A stretch of 64,000 nt of DNA, taken from NCBI GenBank assembly GCA_049970055.1, contig JBMFNR010000004.1:32001-96000 (forward strand), read 5' to 3'. Position numbers and translations under genes: made by a program. Position 1 is the first letter of the stretch. Each line of letters opens with the position of its first letter. Source of the stretch: Fervidobacterium sp. GTDB taxonomy: Bacteria; Thermotogota; Thermotogae; Thermotogales; Fervidobacteriaceae. Positions 23,151 to 33,216 of this stretch are shown in pieces. The notes below the pieces were generated by a model. It saw nothing but the letters and a program-made list of their open reading frames with translations, did not search any database and was not told the origin of the DNA.

Positions 23151-24021
23151 CGTTCCCCTCCGGCTCTACGTGTATTACAACATCGTAAACATTCTGAGTT
23201 TCGCACAGTTTTTTCTTTATGCACTTTGTTATTTCATGTGCAGTTCGCACATCCAGTTTTCCATCAACTTCCACATCCATATTTATATCAAACTTTCCGC
23301 CGATCTTTCTTACTCTTACTTTGTGCGGATTCGATGCTCCACACGATTTGCATGCATCAAAAACTTTATCGTATATCCACATTTCTTCTTCTCTTAAACC
23401 GTCCATAAGTTCATGTGCGTTTTCCTCAAATACCTCCCAAGCTACCTTAATTATTATACCAGACATAATCACACCAACGAGTGGATCCATCCAAGGAAGT
23501 CCAATTTTGTTTAACAGAACCCCTAAAAAAACAAGACTTGACATCATTATATCATTTCTCATGTTTTTAGCTTCAGCGACCATGGAGAAACTTTTGTATT
23601 TTTTACCAGCCATATATTCTACCGTAAAAAGAAAAGTTTTTCCAGCAACCGAAATAGCCGCTGCCATTAACGGTAAAAAGCCTGACAGTACCTGATATTC
23701 ACCCTTTATTAACCTACTTGCACTCTCTATTAATAAACTAAAACCTGCATAAAAGATCACAAAAGAGATAATTTTTGCACCAATATTTTCGGCTTTTTGA
23801 TGACCGTAAACATGTTCTTTGTCTGCTGGCTTATGAGATATTACTGTTGCCATAAACATAGTAGATGATGTGAGAATATCTGTTGACGTGTCTATTCCAT
23901 CAGCCAATACCGCCATACTTTTAAATATTAAACCAATGCTTACTTTTATTATAGCCAACAAAGTATTCGTTACAACCGCTATCAGTGCTACTTTTTTCAA
24001 TTCATTTTCGGTATTTTCCAT
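23092..24021 (-). CDS. Cation diffusion facilitator (FieF-like) transporter
   Basis: SMAVLADGID, PADKEHVYGHQKAE and VIHVEP motifs. Start ATG 24021 after GGAGG. Confidence 0.9.
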   Translation of the reverse strand: MENTENELKKVALIAVVTNTLLAIIKVSIGLIFKSMAVLADGIDTSTDILTSSTMFMATVISHKPADKEHVYGHQKAENIGAKIISFVIFYAGFSLLIESASRLIKGEYQVLSGFLPLMAAAISVAGKTFLFTVEYMAGKKYKSFSMVAEAKNMRNDIMMSSLVFLGVLLNKIGLPWMDPLVGVIMSGIIIKVAWEVFEENAHELMDGLREEEMWIYDKVFDACKSCGASNPHKVRVRKIGGKFDINMDVEVDGKLDVRTAHEITKCIKKKLCETQNVYDVVIHVEPEGNDEKEPFGISENNRSVDSSS

Positions 24022-24073
24022 TTTACAACCTCCTTTCACTCTTTCGGTGAATCATACTGTGTGAAGGCTTATC

Positions 24074-24100
24074 AAAAAAACAAGGGGCATTTGCCCCTTG
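24074..24100 (-). terminator. Terminator after rplT
   Basis: CAAGGGGCA-AA-TGCCCCTTG followed by T7 on the minus strand. Confidence 0.85.
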
Positions 24101-24122
24101 CTATTGAGAATTAATCTCACTT

Positions 24123-24479
24123 TTACTTTCCAAGCGCTGCTTTTGCGATATTCACATATTCTTTGAAAGTATCAGGGTCGTTTACTGCAAGTTCTGCCAA
24201 CATTTTTCTGTTTATTAATACATTGGCAAGTTTCAGGCCGTGAATCAATTCATTGTACTTTAATCCTTCATTCCTTGCTGCAATGTTTATTCTTGTAATC
24301 CAAAGCTTTCTAAAGTTTCCTTTCTTATTTCTTCTGCCGTCAAATGAAAATTTTAACGCTCTGTAGTAAGATTGTTTTGCCAATGTGTATCTTCTACTAA
24401 GTGCACCCCGGAACCCTTTAACAAACTTTAACACCTTTTTCTTTTTCTTTTTTGCATTTATAGCATTTTTAACGCGCAT
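24123..24479 (-). CDS. rplT: 50S ribosomal protein L20
   Basis: FRKLWITRINIAAR and NRKMLAELAV motifs. Confidence 0.97.
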   Translation of the reverse strand: MRVKNAINAKKKKKKVLKFVKGFRGALSRRYTLAKQSYYRALKFSFDGRRNKKGNFRKLWITRINIAARNEGLKYNELIHGLKLANVLINRKMLAELAVNDPDTFKEYVNIAKAALGK

Positions 24480-24498
24480 CTTTTATTCCTCCCCTTCA

Positions 24499-24702
24499 TT
24501 ATTTTTTGCCAAGAAGTTTGAGTATTCTATTTTCATCGGATTTTGCAACTACATCTTCAAGTCTTAACGCTCTCATAGTTGATCTTCTCTTCTTGCCAGT
24601 CTTATGCCATGCATTTGCATGTCTTCTCATAATTTTACCATTTTTCGTAACCTTGAATCTTTTTGCAGCAGTTTTACTTGTCTTCATTTTTTGCTTAGCC
24701 AT
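24499..24702 (-). CDS. rpmI: 50S ribosomal protein L35
   Basis: KMKTSKTAAKRFKVT; position between infC and rplT. Confidence 0.96.
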   Translation of the reverse strand: MAKQKMKTSKTAAKRFKVTKNGKIMRRHANAWHKTGKKRRSTMRALRLEDVVAKSDENRILKLLGKK

Positions 24703-24745
24703 CGTTTATCCCTCCTGTTTTATCAATTTTTTTATCATATCTTTT

Positions 24746-25267
24746 TCAAAGATTCTTTGGTTTCAGTACCATCCACATATCTCTGCCTTCCATCTTTGCC
24801 TCTTTTTCAACACTTCCAATATCAGCGATGTCGGTTGCTATTCTATCAAGTATCTCCTTACCCTTTTCAACGAACGCCAATTCTCTACCTCTAAACATCA
24901 CGGTAACTTTGACCTTGTTACCTTCTGTAAGGAACCTTTTTATATGCTTCAGCTTTGTCTGATAATCATGTTCATTTATAACGGGTCTGAATTTCATCTC
25001 TTTGACTTCGATTATCTTTTGATTTTTCTTTGCCTTCTGTTCTCGTTTTGCAAGTTCATACTTGTACTTACCATAATCTAATATCCTTGCAACTGGTGGT
25101 TGGGCATTTGGGGCAACGAGAATCAAATCCAAACCTCTCGACCTCGCCAATTCAATTGCCGAAGATTTAGGCATTACTCCAATAGCTTTGCCATCTTCGT
25201 CAACAATTCTGAGTTCGTTGTAAGGTATCTCTTCGTTCCTTATAATCTTCTCTTTTTCGTTCTTAAT
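24746..25267 (-). CDS. infC: Translation initiation factor IF-3 (AUU start)
   Basis: PPVARILDYGKYKYE and KVTVMFRGRE motifs. In-frame ATT at 25267-25265 follows GGAGGGTGA. Confidence 0.95.
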   Translation of the reverse strand: MKNEKEKIIRNEEIPYNELRIVDEDGKAIGVMPKSSAIELARSRGLDLILVAPNAQPPVARILDYGKYKYELAKREQKAKKNQKIIEVKEMKFRPVINEHDYQTKLKHIKRFLTEGNKVKVTVMFRGRELAFVEKGKEILDRIATDIADIGSVEKEAKMEGRDMWMVLKPKNL

Positions 25268-25299
25268 AGTTTTCACCCTCCTGTAAGTAAATGTTATTT

Positions 25300-25432
25300 T
25301 CAAAAATAAAAACGGGCACGACGCCCGTTTCTTATTAACTGCCCAAAGATTATCTCGTGGTTTAATACGATCTCCTTTCAATTACCTAACTAGCTCACGC
25401 TGTTAGGTGGGAAGCGGGCGCCTCCACTTATC
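25300..25432 (-). ncRNA. L20 ribosomal-protein leader with terminator
   Basis: Minus strand AGTGGAGGCGCCCGCTTCCCACCTAAC...GTTAGGT, then terminator AAACGGGC/GCCCGTTTTTATTTT. Upstream CGCCCG can pair with the terminator's CGGGCG (antiterminator). Confidence 0.8.
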
Positions 25433-25475
25433 GCATGTTTACTATGCTCGCATATTTACTATGCTTTGAAAATCT

Positions 25476-25551
25476 TGGTGGGCCGCGTGGGACTCGAACC
25501 CACGGCCACCTGATTAAGAGTCAGGTGCTCTACCTGCTGAGCTAGCGGCCC
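25476..25551 (-). tRNA. tRNA-Lys(CTT)
   Basis: Cloverleaf, loop CT-CTT-AA, CCA end. Confidence 0.95.
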
Positions 25552-25556
25552 ATTCA

Positions 25557-25631
25557 TGGTGCCCCCAGGAGGAATCGAACCTCCATTTGCGGATTAGGAA
25601 TCCGCCGTTCTATCCTTTGAACTATGGGGGC
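25557..25631 (-). tRNA. tRNA-Arg(CCT)
   Basis: Cloverleaf, GCGGA-TT-CCT-AA-TCCGC, CCA end. Confidence 0.95.
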
Positions 25632-25645
25632 TTCATGACGTTTTC

Positions 25646-25720
25646 TGGCAGCCCCACGGGGAATCGAACCCCGACCCTCGGACTGAGAATCCGATGGACT
25701 AGCCGTTATCCTATGGGGCC
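25646..25720 (-). tRNA. tRNA-Glu(CTC)
   Basis: GGCCCCA/TGGGGCT acceptor, TCGGA-TT-CTC-AG-TCCGA, CCA end. Confidence 0.94.
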
Positions 25721-25757
25721 GTTTAACATCATTTAAGAAATCGTCTGACCGTGATAT

Positions 25758-25785
25758 ATATTAACATATGCTAAGAAAAAGTCAA
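25758..25785 (-). promoter_or_regulatory. Promoter for the tRNA-Glu-Arg-Lys cluster
   Basis: Minus strand TTGACT-16 bp-TAATAT with TG extension; back-to-back with TGGTATAAT (plus strand) for the HD-GYP gene. Confidence 0.55.
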
Positions 25786-25824
25786 GATACTTTTCTTAAA
25801 AAGTGTGGTATAATTTAACTTGAG

Positions 25825-27090
25825 GTGGGATTGAGAATGATAGATGTTCTACTGAACGCTATTTTGTTTGTCCCAAAATTTGGTATTCATTCTTTTCAAG
25901 TTGGATTTTTAGCATCGAAAATTGCTGCTATACTTGGACTGGATGAGGTAGAAGGCTTCTATGCAGGCGTTCTCCACGATATTGGCATACTAACCCCATA
26001 CAAAGGGGTTGTCATGGACGATATTGACAATCAGTTCCTTATAAATCAGGATATTCCTGCTTACGAAACACCTACGAAAGATCATACGATAATATCTTCG
26101 TTTGAAATATCAAAGATCTCCGCATTGTCAAAAAGATATAAAAATCTTTCTAAAAGCATACTTTTGCACCATGCATTACCACAATACTTGAACGAAAACG
26201 ATATTAGTGATGTTTATGCAAATATACTCTCAATAAGCGAAGAGATATCTAAGTATGTTCTTGTGAACGATGAAGAGCTTAGCTATAACGACCTTGCTTT
26301 GCCGTTGTCTGTCATAAAAAACAGATACTTCGACTTCGTTTACGATGTTGCTATGGGTGTTTTAAAGCAAGAGTATGTTCGTTGGATGCTTTACGATATC
26401 AAATCAGGATACAATCGAGAACAATTAATTGATGAGTACAAACTCGACATTTCACTTTCCTTTGATGAAATAGTCGAAATTGGAGCTGTTTTATCTTATG
26501 TTATTGATTCTAAAAGTGCATTCACAAGGGAACATTCATGGAGGGTCGCGAAGGTTTCTTCCGCTATCGCTAACGAAATAATGTTGGATGGTAATGAGTT
26601 TTTCTTAGCCGGGCTTTTTCATGACATCGGAAAAATTACAACCCCCGTAGAAATTCTTGAGAAAAAAGGAAAACTTGAGCCATGGGAAATGGATATCATG
26701 AGGAAACACGTGTACTACAGTTACATAATTTTGAAGAACCATCAAAATGAACCATGGTTCTGGCCGGCCGTCAGGCATCAAGAGAGAATAGACGGGAGCG
26801 GTTATCCTTGGAAACTGAAAGGTGAGAAGATGACTTTTAAAGACAAAATATTACAGGTTGCAGATTATTTTGTTGCAGTACTAGAACCACGACCTTACAG
26901 AGGTCCAAATACGCCCGAGAAAGCATATAAAGAGGTCTCGCGAGCTGTGGAAAACGGCACACTAGATAAAGGACCGGCAAATATTCTCAAAGAGCTCGTT
27001 TATGGTGGCTATGACTTTGAAAAAATGGATTTTATGTCGAGTATTCAAAGAGAAATCTATGATTTTGAAAAAAGCTTAATGGAGGGATGA
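25825..27090 (+). CDS. Tandem HD / HD-GYP phosphodiesterase
   Basis: N-terminal LHDIG; C-terminal HSWRV, FHDIGK, RHQERIDGSGYP, VAD and RPYR motifs. Confidence 0.85.
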   Translation: MGLRMIDVLLNAILFVPKFGIHSFQVGFLASKIAAILGLDEVEGFYAGVLHDIGILTPYKGVVMDDIDNQFLINQDIPAYETPTKDHTIISSFEISKISALSKRYKNLSKSILLHHALPQYLNENDISDVYANILSISEEISKYVLVNDEELSYNDLALPLSVIKNRYFDFVYDVAMGVLKQEYVRWMLYDIKSGYNREQLIDEYKLDISLSFDEIVEIGAVLSYVIDSKSAFTREHSWRVAKVSSAIANEIMLDGNEFFLAGLFHDIGKITTPVEILEKKGKLEPWEMDIMRKHVYYSYIILKNHQNEPWFWPAVRHQERIDGSGYPWKLKGEKMTFKDKILQVADYFVAVLEPRPYRGPNTPEKAYKEVSRAVENGTLDKGPANILKELVYGGYDFEKMDFMSSIQREIYDFEKSLMEG

Positions 27091-27094
27091 TATC

Positions 27095-27466
27095 ATTAAT
27101 CCACGGCAATTTAAAAAATTGGCGATAATAGGTGCGACGACAAATCCAGAAAAGTTTGGAAACATTGTACTTAAAGACCTTATGAGAAAAGGGTTTGATG
27201 TTTACCCTGTTAGTCCAAATTACGATGAAATCGAGGGTCTTAAAGTTTACAAAGGTGTCGAAGAATTACCAAAGGATGTTGAACTGTTAGTGTTTATCGT
27301 TCCACCTATAGTTGGAATTCAGATTCTTAAAAAAGCTTACGAAGTAGGGTTTAGAAAATTCTGGTTTCAGCCTGGTGCAGAATCCAAGGAAATCATTGAA
27401 TATGCAAAAACCATTTCTGATGCAAATTTCTCTTTTATTAAATGTATAATGGTGGAGACAAGATAA
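27095..27466 (+). CDS. CoA-binding protein (YccU-like), probable ATT start
   Basis: AIIGAT.NPEKFG, VYPVSP, WFQPGAES and CIMVE motifs. Frame is open back to ATT 27095, which follows GGAGGGA. Confidence 0.85.
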   Translation: MNPRQFKKLAIIGATTNPEKFGNIVLKDLMRKGFDVYPVSPNYDEIEGLKVYKGVEELPKDVELLVFIVPPIVGIQILKKAYEVGFRKFWFQPGAESKEIIEYAKTISDANFSFIKCIMVETR

Positions 27467-27495
27467 AGGTTTTTATAACGAAATGAGGGAAGGAA

Positions 27496-28425
27496 ATGAT
27501 TGATATACTAGAAAAGGTACAAAAAGTATTTGCTAATATAAAAGTAGAAGAATTTATGACAAAAGATGTGGTATACGTTAAGCCCGATAGAACTGTAGCA
27601 CAGGTAAAAGAGATCTTGAGGCTTAAAAGAATTTCCGGGGTCCCTGTTGTAGATGATGAAGAAAAAGTTATTGGAATAATAAGTATTGAAGATATAATAA
27701 AATCTCTTGAAAATGGCACTTTGAACGGAAAAGTGAGTGAACATATGACGAAAGATGTCATTTGTTTAAGCAAGGATATGACCATGCAAGAAGTTATGAA
27801 ACAATTTGAGCGTTACCGTTATGGAAGATTTCCTGTTGTTGATGAATACGGAAAGCTTGTTGGTATTGTAACAAAAAATGATATACTTGCGGCAGTTGCA
27901 ACAAGATTGGGGCTTTTGTATCTACATGATGAAAGAAGGAAAGAAGTCTTGGATGGAGATGTTCTCAATAGATCACTTATAACCGGTGAGCAACTCAACA
28001 AAAAAGGTGCAGACTTCTATTTTAAAATAGATTATTTCGATGTGAATCTTGCTGGAATAGGTGCCGCACAATTAAAAAAGTTTTTACTTAGCAAAAACAT
28101 CGGTGAGAATTTAGTGAGACGCGTAGCCGTTGCCGCTTACGAAGCAGAGACGAACGTTGTTATCCATAGTGGTAGTGAAGGAGAACTGTATTGCTTTATT
28201 ACGGAGGACCGTATAATTGTACGCGTTGAAGATACCGGTAAAGGTATCGAAAATATTGAGCTTGCGCTGAAAGAAGGTTATTCAACGGCACCAGATTACG
28301 TTAGAGAACTTGGTTTTGGTGCGGGTATGGGTCTTCCAAATATGAAAAGGTTTTCCGATAAAATGGTTGTACTCTCTGAAAAAGGGAAAGGTGTGGTAGT
28401 CGAGATGGTATTTTACCTACAATGA
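27496..28425 (+). CDS. CBS-pair plus RsbT/anti-sigma-type HATPase kinase
   Basis: Two CBS repeats (ISGVPVVD, YGRFPVVD); EAETNVVIH, DTGKGI and GFGAGMGLPN motifs. Confidence 0.85.
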   Translation: MIDILEKVQKVFANIKVEEFMTKDVVYVKPDRTVAQVKEILRLKRISGVPVVDDEEKVIGIISIEDIIKSLENGTLNGKVSEHMTKDVICLSKDMTMQEVMKQFERYRYGRFPVVDEYGKLVGIVTKNDILAAVATRLGLLYLHDERRKEVLDGDVLNRSLITGEQLNKKGADFYFKIDYFDVNLAGIGAAQLKKFLLSKNIGENLVRRVAVAAYEAETNVVIHSGSEGELYCFITEDRIIVRVEDTGKGIENIELALKEGYSTAPDYVRELGFGAGMGLPNMKRFSDKMVVLSEKGKGVVVEMVFYLQ

Positions 28426-28596
28426 GGAAGGTCTTGAACGATTTAGTTTTTTTTGTTAGTCCAATTACTAGTGCGGATTGTAAGACTAGATTACATTATA
28501 CATAAGTATATGTTTGGTATGTAAGCTGCTTATGTAAGGGGTTTTTTAACACATTACGTTTTCAACCCTAAAGGAGGGTTTCTTGCGAATAGTGTG

Positions 28597-29226
28597 ATGA
28601 CTTTGGTACTTGTGGGAGTTCTTGCAACAGTATTGATAGTTGGCGGTATATTTTTACTCATGCCAAAAGATAAGTACATTGAGATTGACGGAGTGAGAAT
28701 CTGGCAAATTCCAAACGATGCGGAGGTAATCTTTATTAATCAAGCACAATCAAATACGGTTTAAAGCTTGAAACAAAAGAATCAATTGATAGCCTTCGTA
28801 GGAGAAGTGCAAGGTACGGGAACTTCTCAGGATCAAGAAAAGGCAAAGATTAGAGATTACCAGCAGATTGCAGAATTTCTCAATACAAAAGCTGAAACAT
28901 TTGCTCAACTGGTTGAAGGTCAGCTTCAAAATGTACAAGTTTCTAGCAACAAACAACAAATTGTAAGTGCATCTGTTGATGCTTACAAGAGGTTAACACA
29001 GATACTTGCAGACGCAAGAATTTCAGGGACTTACGTTTTTGCTGTTTGGAGGGTCAAAAGAGACAACATTGTCAATACTTACTCTTTACTCGTTTACGAC
29101 CCCGCCTCGATCATAAAAATTTTAGAAATGGATGCACAAGTAAAACAGGTGGTTGATGAACTTGGCAAACAGGGTATCAGTTTCTTTAAGAATTTGAACT
29201 CAGTTATGATGGAAGCCACCAAATGA
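28597..29226 (+). pseudogene. Membrane-anchored LPP20-like domain protein, paralog A (nonsense mutation)
   Basis: MTLVLVGVLATVLIVGGIFLLMPKDKYIEIDGVRIW... is in frame with ORF 28768 except for a TAA at 28762-28764. Confidence 0.8.
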
Positions 29227-29258
29227 AAACCTATGGAAAATAAATAATAATTTTTTCG

Positions 29259-29289
29259 AACCCCCTGCTGCGCTGCAGGGGGTTATTTT
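29259..29289 (+). terminator. Stem-loop between paralogs A and B
   Basis: AACCCCCTGC-TGCGCT-GCAGGGGGTT followed by ATTTT. Confidence 0.7.
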
Positions 29290-29309
29290 ACTAATTGGAG
29301 GTGATTGAT

Positions 29310-32000
29310 ATGGATAATACTTTCCTTATGATTATACTTGTTGCCGTTGCTGTTATTGTCCTGGTTTTGTTTTTATTGACCCAACCACAAGAAAGGTGGA
29401 TAGAAGCAGAAGGAGTGAAAATTCAAAAGATACCTTCCAATGCAGAAATTATAGAAATAAACAAAGCAAGAGAAAGTAGTGTAAAAACACTTATGGATTC
29501 AAATAAATTAATCACCGTTGTGGGAGAAGCTCAAGGTTCCGGAAGTATTCAAGAAAAGGAAATAGCAAAAATTAGAGCATTTTCTAGCCTTGCTGAGATG
29601 TTAAGTGCACGTGTTCAAACATTGCACAACTTGTTGAGGGCCAGCTTCAGAATGTTCAAGTTTCAAATAAGCAAGAAATTGTAAGTGTTTCTGTCGATGC
29701 GTATAAGAGAGTTACTAAGCTTTTTGCAGGTGCAAGGATCTCTGGTGCGTATGTCTACGCATATTGGCGTGTCAGAGTATGGTAATGCTGTAAAAACTTA
29801 CGCATTGCTCGTTTATAATCCTGAAAATGTAAAGAAGTTCATAGAGATGCAACCTGAGGTAAATCCTGCTTTGTCACAGTTGAAAAAAGTTGGCGTAGAT
29901 TTTTTCAAGCATTTAACAGTGCAATAGAAGAAGCCTATAAAAGAACACCACTTGAGAAAACGCAGCAACCTCAAACCCAACAAGTATCCGAAGGACAAAA
30001 CCAACAGCCAATCACACAATCTCTTCAGACCTCTCAAACGTCTCAAACCCAGCAACCGCAGCAGATACCTCCAAATTATTTAAAGGGTGTAGGAGAAGCT
30101 TACGGCAAAAGTGAAATTGAGGCAGAAGAATTTGCAAAAAAGAATGCACTTATCAACCTTTCAGAACAACTATACGTTGAAGTTAAATCGGAGGCAAAAT
30201 TGAAAGATCAGCTCACACAACTTATTGTGAATAACCAAGTAAAAGAACGCTTTCAAAGTGAATACGAAAAAACTATTCAATCAAAAACAGAGTTTGAGTT
30301 TGTCGGCGCAATTTACAAAGTTGTTGACAGAAAAGTAGCAGATGGGAAGTATTACGTGAAAGCAGGGGCTTACGTTGATTCAGATGTTGCAAAACAAACA
30401 CCAGAAGTGCTTATAGCTTTAAAGATAGGCAATTCTTTGCTCAATTCCAAGATAATTTATACTGCTAACAAAATTGTAGAAAAGTACGAACCTTTACTTG
30501 TAAGGTACAAATTCCCACCAAAAGTCTCAGAAAAACTTTCCACGATAATTTCACTAATAAAGAATAAATACAATCTAGTGCGAACACTTGTAAATAATAT
30601 AAACAAAATAAAAATTGCTGATAAACAAAGTGCGATAAAAGTTGCACAGATGATCAGTGAACTTGATGCTATGGTGATATATACCTGACAAATTAATTGA
30701 CAGGGAGAGATTAAGGCCTTATTTAGATGGTATTTTTGTAAATTTCACAGGTCCATCCGAAGCTATTGTAGGTGAGCAAGTGAGCATTTCAATAAAGGTT
30801 AATTCAAACAATGTTACACCCTTGAAAGTTTCAGGTGATGGAGTTGAAGCTCCAGACCTCGTAAGCTTGCAGGAAGGTGTTGGTGTTCTCTCTCGTATCG
30901 TAAATTCTACGAATGCAAAGTTTAGTGTTTCTTTGGGTGGTGTTGTTTCTTCCACATGGTCCATAGGAAAAGTCAACGTAAATCCAGATGTTCTGAGAGT
31001 TACATTTAGAGATCAAAACACCCTTAGAATACTTGCTGGATGAAGTACCAAATCGGGAGCGAATTTAAATTTAGTAAGGAAAACTTCAACGAAAGATGCA
31101 CTGATAAAAGTAGTTAAAAAAGCCGCTGCAGAGATATTGGTTAGCCAAGATAAAGAATTACTGAGCGTTCCCGTTGATGATTACATACTTGACAAAGGTT
31201 TGGCAGGTATTGATTATGAAATTATTGAATCTGGTGAGTACCAAGGCCTTTATTACACAGTGGTTAGTGCAGTTTTAAACAAAGAAAGATTTGAAGAAGA
31301 TATAAAACAAGCACTGAGAAGTGCTCCTTCAGATTTTGCGTTACTTGTAGTTGAAGGAGACTTAGATAATTACGTTGAATCAACGATGATTGATAGGGTT
31401 ACAGCGTCTGGTGTAAAGCTTGTCTCAAGGGATTTTTCAAAAAAGATCTTACAAGAGCAACAGAAATACGGCTATGATTCTTTGCTTGTAGCTAAGTACG
31501 CAGCACTTTCGGCCGCAAGGTATTTGATATATGTGAAAGCTAATATATCAACAACATATCTAAGTGATTACAAATTATACTCCGTAAGAGCACTTGTGAA
31601 TTCGCAAATTATAGATTCTATAACTGGTAATATATTATTTGCACCTGTTTATGAGGAAACAAATTCTGGTGCCACTATTCAAGCTGCACTTTCAAAAATA
31701 GTAAATTCCCAAAAATTTCAAAATTACGTGCAGAGAATAATAAATTCTTTGCAATTTGAAAATGTCCTGATTGAAAAAATCTACTGGTACACGTTCACGC
31801 TCGAACGTGCAGCTTATGGTGCTATCTTACTCGATGCAATGAAATCTAAATACGCTTCTTTGAGAGTTATGGAAAATGTCGATACAAAACTAATCGTTGA
31901 GTTGAATGTTGATATGCTCGAGTTAGAAAAGCTCTTCAATGCGCTTACGGCTATTAAAGTAAAGAAAGTTTCTGATTACAATTACATCGTTTCCAAGTAA
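29310..32000 (+). pseudogene. ~895-aa multidomain envelope protein (LPP20-like x2, Q-rich linker, FlgT/CsgG-like), fragmented
   Basis: Track ORFs 29295, 29685, 30200, 30780 and 31137 join into one frame via shifts at ~29622, ~29774, ~29908 and ~30678 plus an in-frame TGA at 31041-31043. The first three are placed by alignment to paralogs A and D. Confidence 0.8.
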
Positions 32001-32025
32001 GTAAAACAGGCGGAGGTGTTGAAAG

Positions 32026-33181
32026 ATGTGTGTTAAAAGGGGAATTCACATTTTTCTGATGTTAGTAACTTTCTTTTCTGAGTGCTGCAGGTGGTATTTC
32101 CATTACTGAGAAAATAAAGCTGGTGATATTGCCTGCTAAGATTGGCTATGGATGGAATATGGACGAGGTTGGTTATTTACTAGCTATTTTGGAAGAGCAG
32201 GCACTTGAAGGGAAGATTTCAACTCTTTCCAAGGAGCGATCTACACAGATACTAAAGGAAAGGAATCTTAGTGAGCTTGGAGTCTCGCAAGCAATTGAAA
32301 TTGGAAAACTTGGTGGTTCGAAATACGCTGTTCTTTTGACTTTGACCGAACTAACAGCAGCGAGGAGCATTAAGTCATTTAGTTTCGAAACGATATCAAG
32401 GTATACAATAAAATATCAAGGTATACAATAAAGAGAGTTACTTGCTTCAAAAACGATGGAATCGATCGGAATTCCAATAGATAGTTCACGAAAAGCTATC
32501 TCAGAAGCATTGAAGTCAACGGCTTCATCCATTTGGCTAGAACTTAGAAATGTATTCAAATTGGAAGCGTATGTAAAATCGGTAGAAGGTGATAAGATTA
32601 TACTCGCAGGAGCTGATCCAAAACTTGCAAAACCTGGTTTCATCTTTGAAATTGAGACGGGAAACGGTACTGGGTACGTGAGAATTACCGGTTACAACAA
32701 AGCAGAATGGACAGTCATCGCTAACGAAAGACCAAGTGCTTACGATATTGCCATTGAATATCCAAGATTACCTATGTATGTTGGGCTAGGTGCATTGATG
32801 TTTTCTGATCTTTTTGGTATTGGTTTTAGTGTATGGAGCGATGGAAGTGGTGATATACCGTTACCAATCTACATAGGCGGTGGAACGCTACTTGGTCATG
32901 TAGGCAGTTACACACCGTTGTATGCAACCCTTGGATTAGGGGTGAAATTGCTTGAACTTGAAAGAATAGGAGCAATGACTAACGGTGGTGTTGGAATAAT
33001 AGGATTGATTGATTTTATTGCTGTAGATTTTCTTTTTGGTGCGTTTGGGATGTTTGCTGATGGTTTGGTGACGTACGAATTTACCCCTAAATTTGGAATT
33101 TATGGATCTTTTGGATATAACCTTTATCTGGGTACAACAGGGCCAACTGGTATAACTTTACAACTGGGGGTTTATTTCTAG
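32026..33181 (+). pseudogene. CsgG/FlgT-like periplasmic domain fused to a C-terminal outer-membrane beta-barrel, disrupted
   Basis: Signal peptide from ATG 32026 with frameshift at ~32075; in-frame TAA 32429-32431 lies in a 20-bp duplication. Gly/aromatic amphipathic strands end in LQLGVYF. Confidence 0.7.
32393..32432 (+). repeat. Perfect 20-bp tandem duplication
   Basis: ATATCAAGGTATACAATAAA at 32393-32412 and 32413-32432. Confidence 0.95.
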
Positions 33182-33216
33182 TAAATAGCTAACGTTTTGA
33201 AAATTGGAGGGATAAG

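Noticed and set aside
25268..25381. N-terminal extension of IF-3 in the ORF track
   Set aside because: It lies in the L20 leader; the ATT start with RBS explains the protein.
25438..25466. TTTACTATGCT direct repeat between tRNA-Lys and the L20 leader
   Set aside because: Short, AT-rich and no adjacent integrase; cannot be supported as an att site.
29955..30066. CAA/CAG-rich stretch as repeat array or CRISPR
   Set aside because: It is a low-complexity Gln/Thr/Pro linker in the frame of gene B, with no fixed repeat-spacer period.
31041..31043. In-frame TGA as selenocysteine or programmed read-through
   Set aside because: No obvious SECIS-like hairpin or redox motif, and the same gene has four frameshifts, so a nonsense mutation is simpler.
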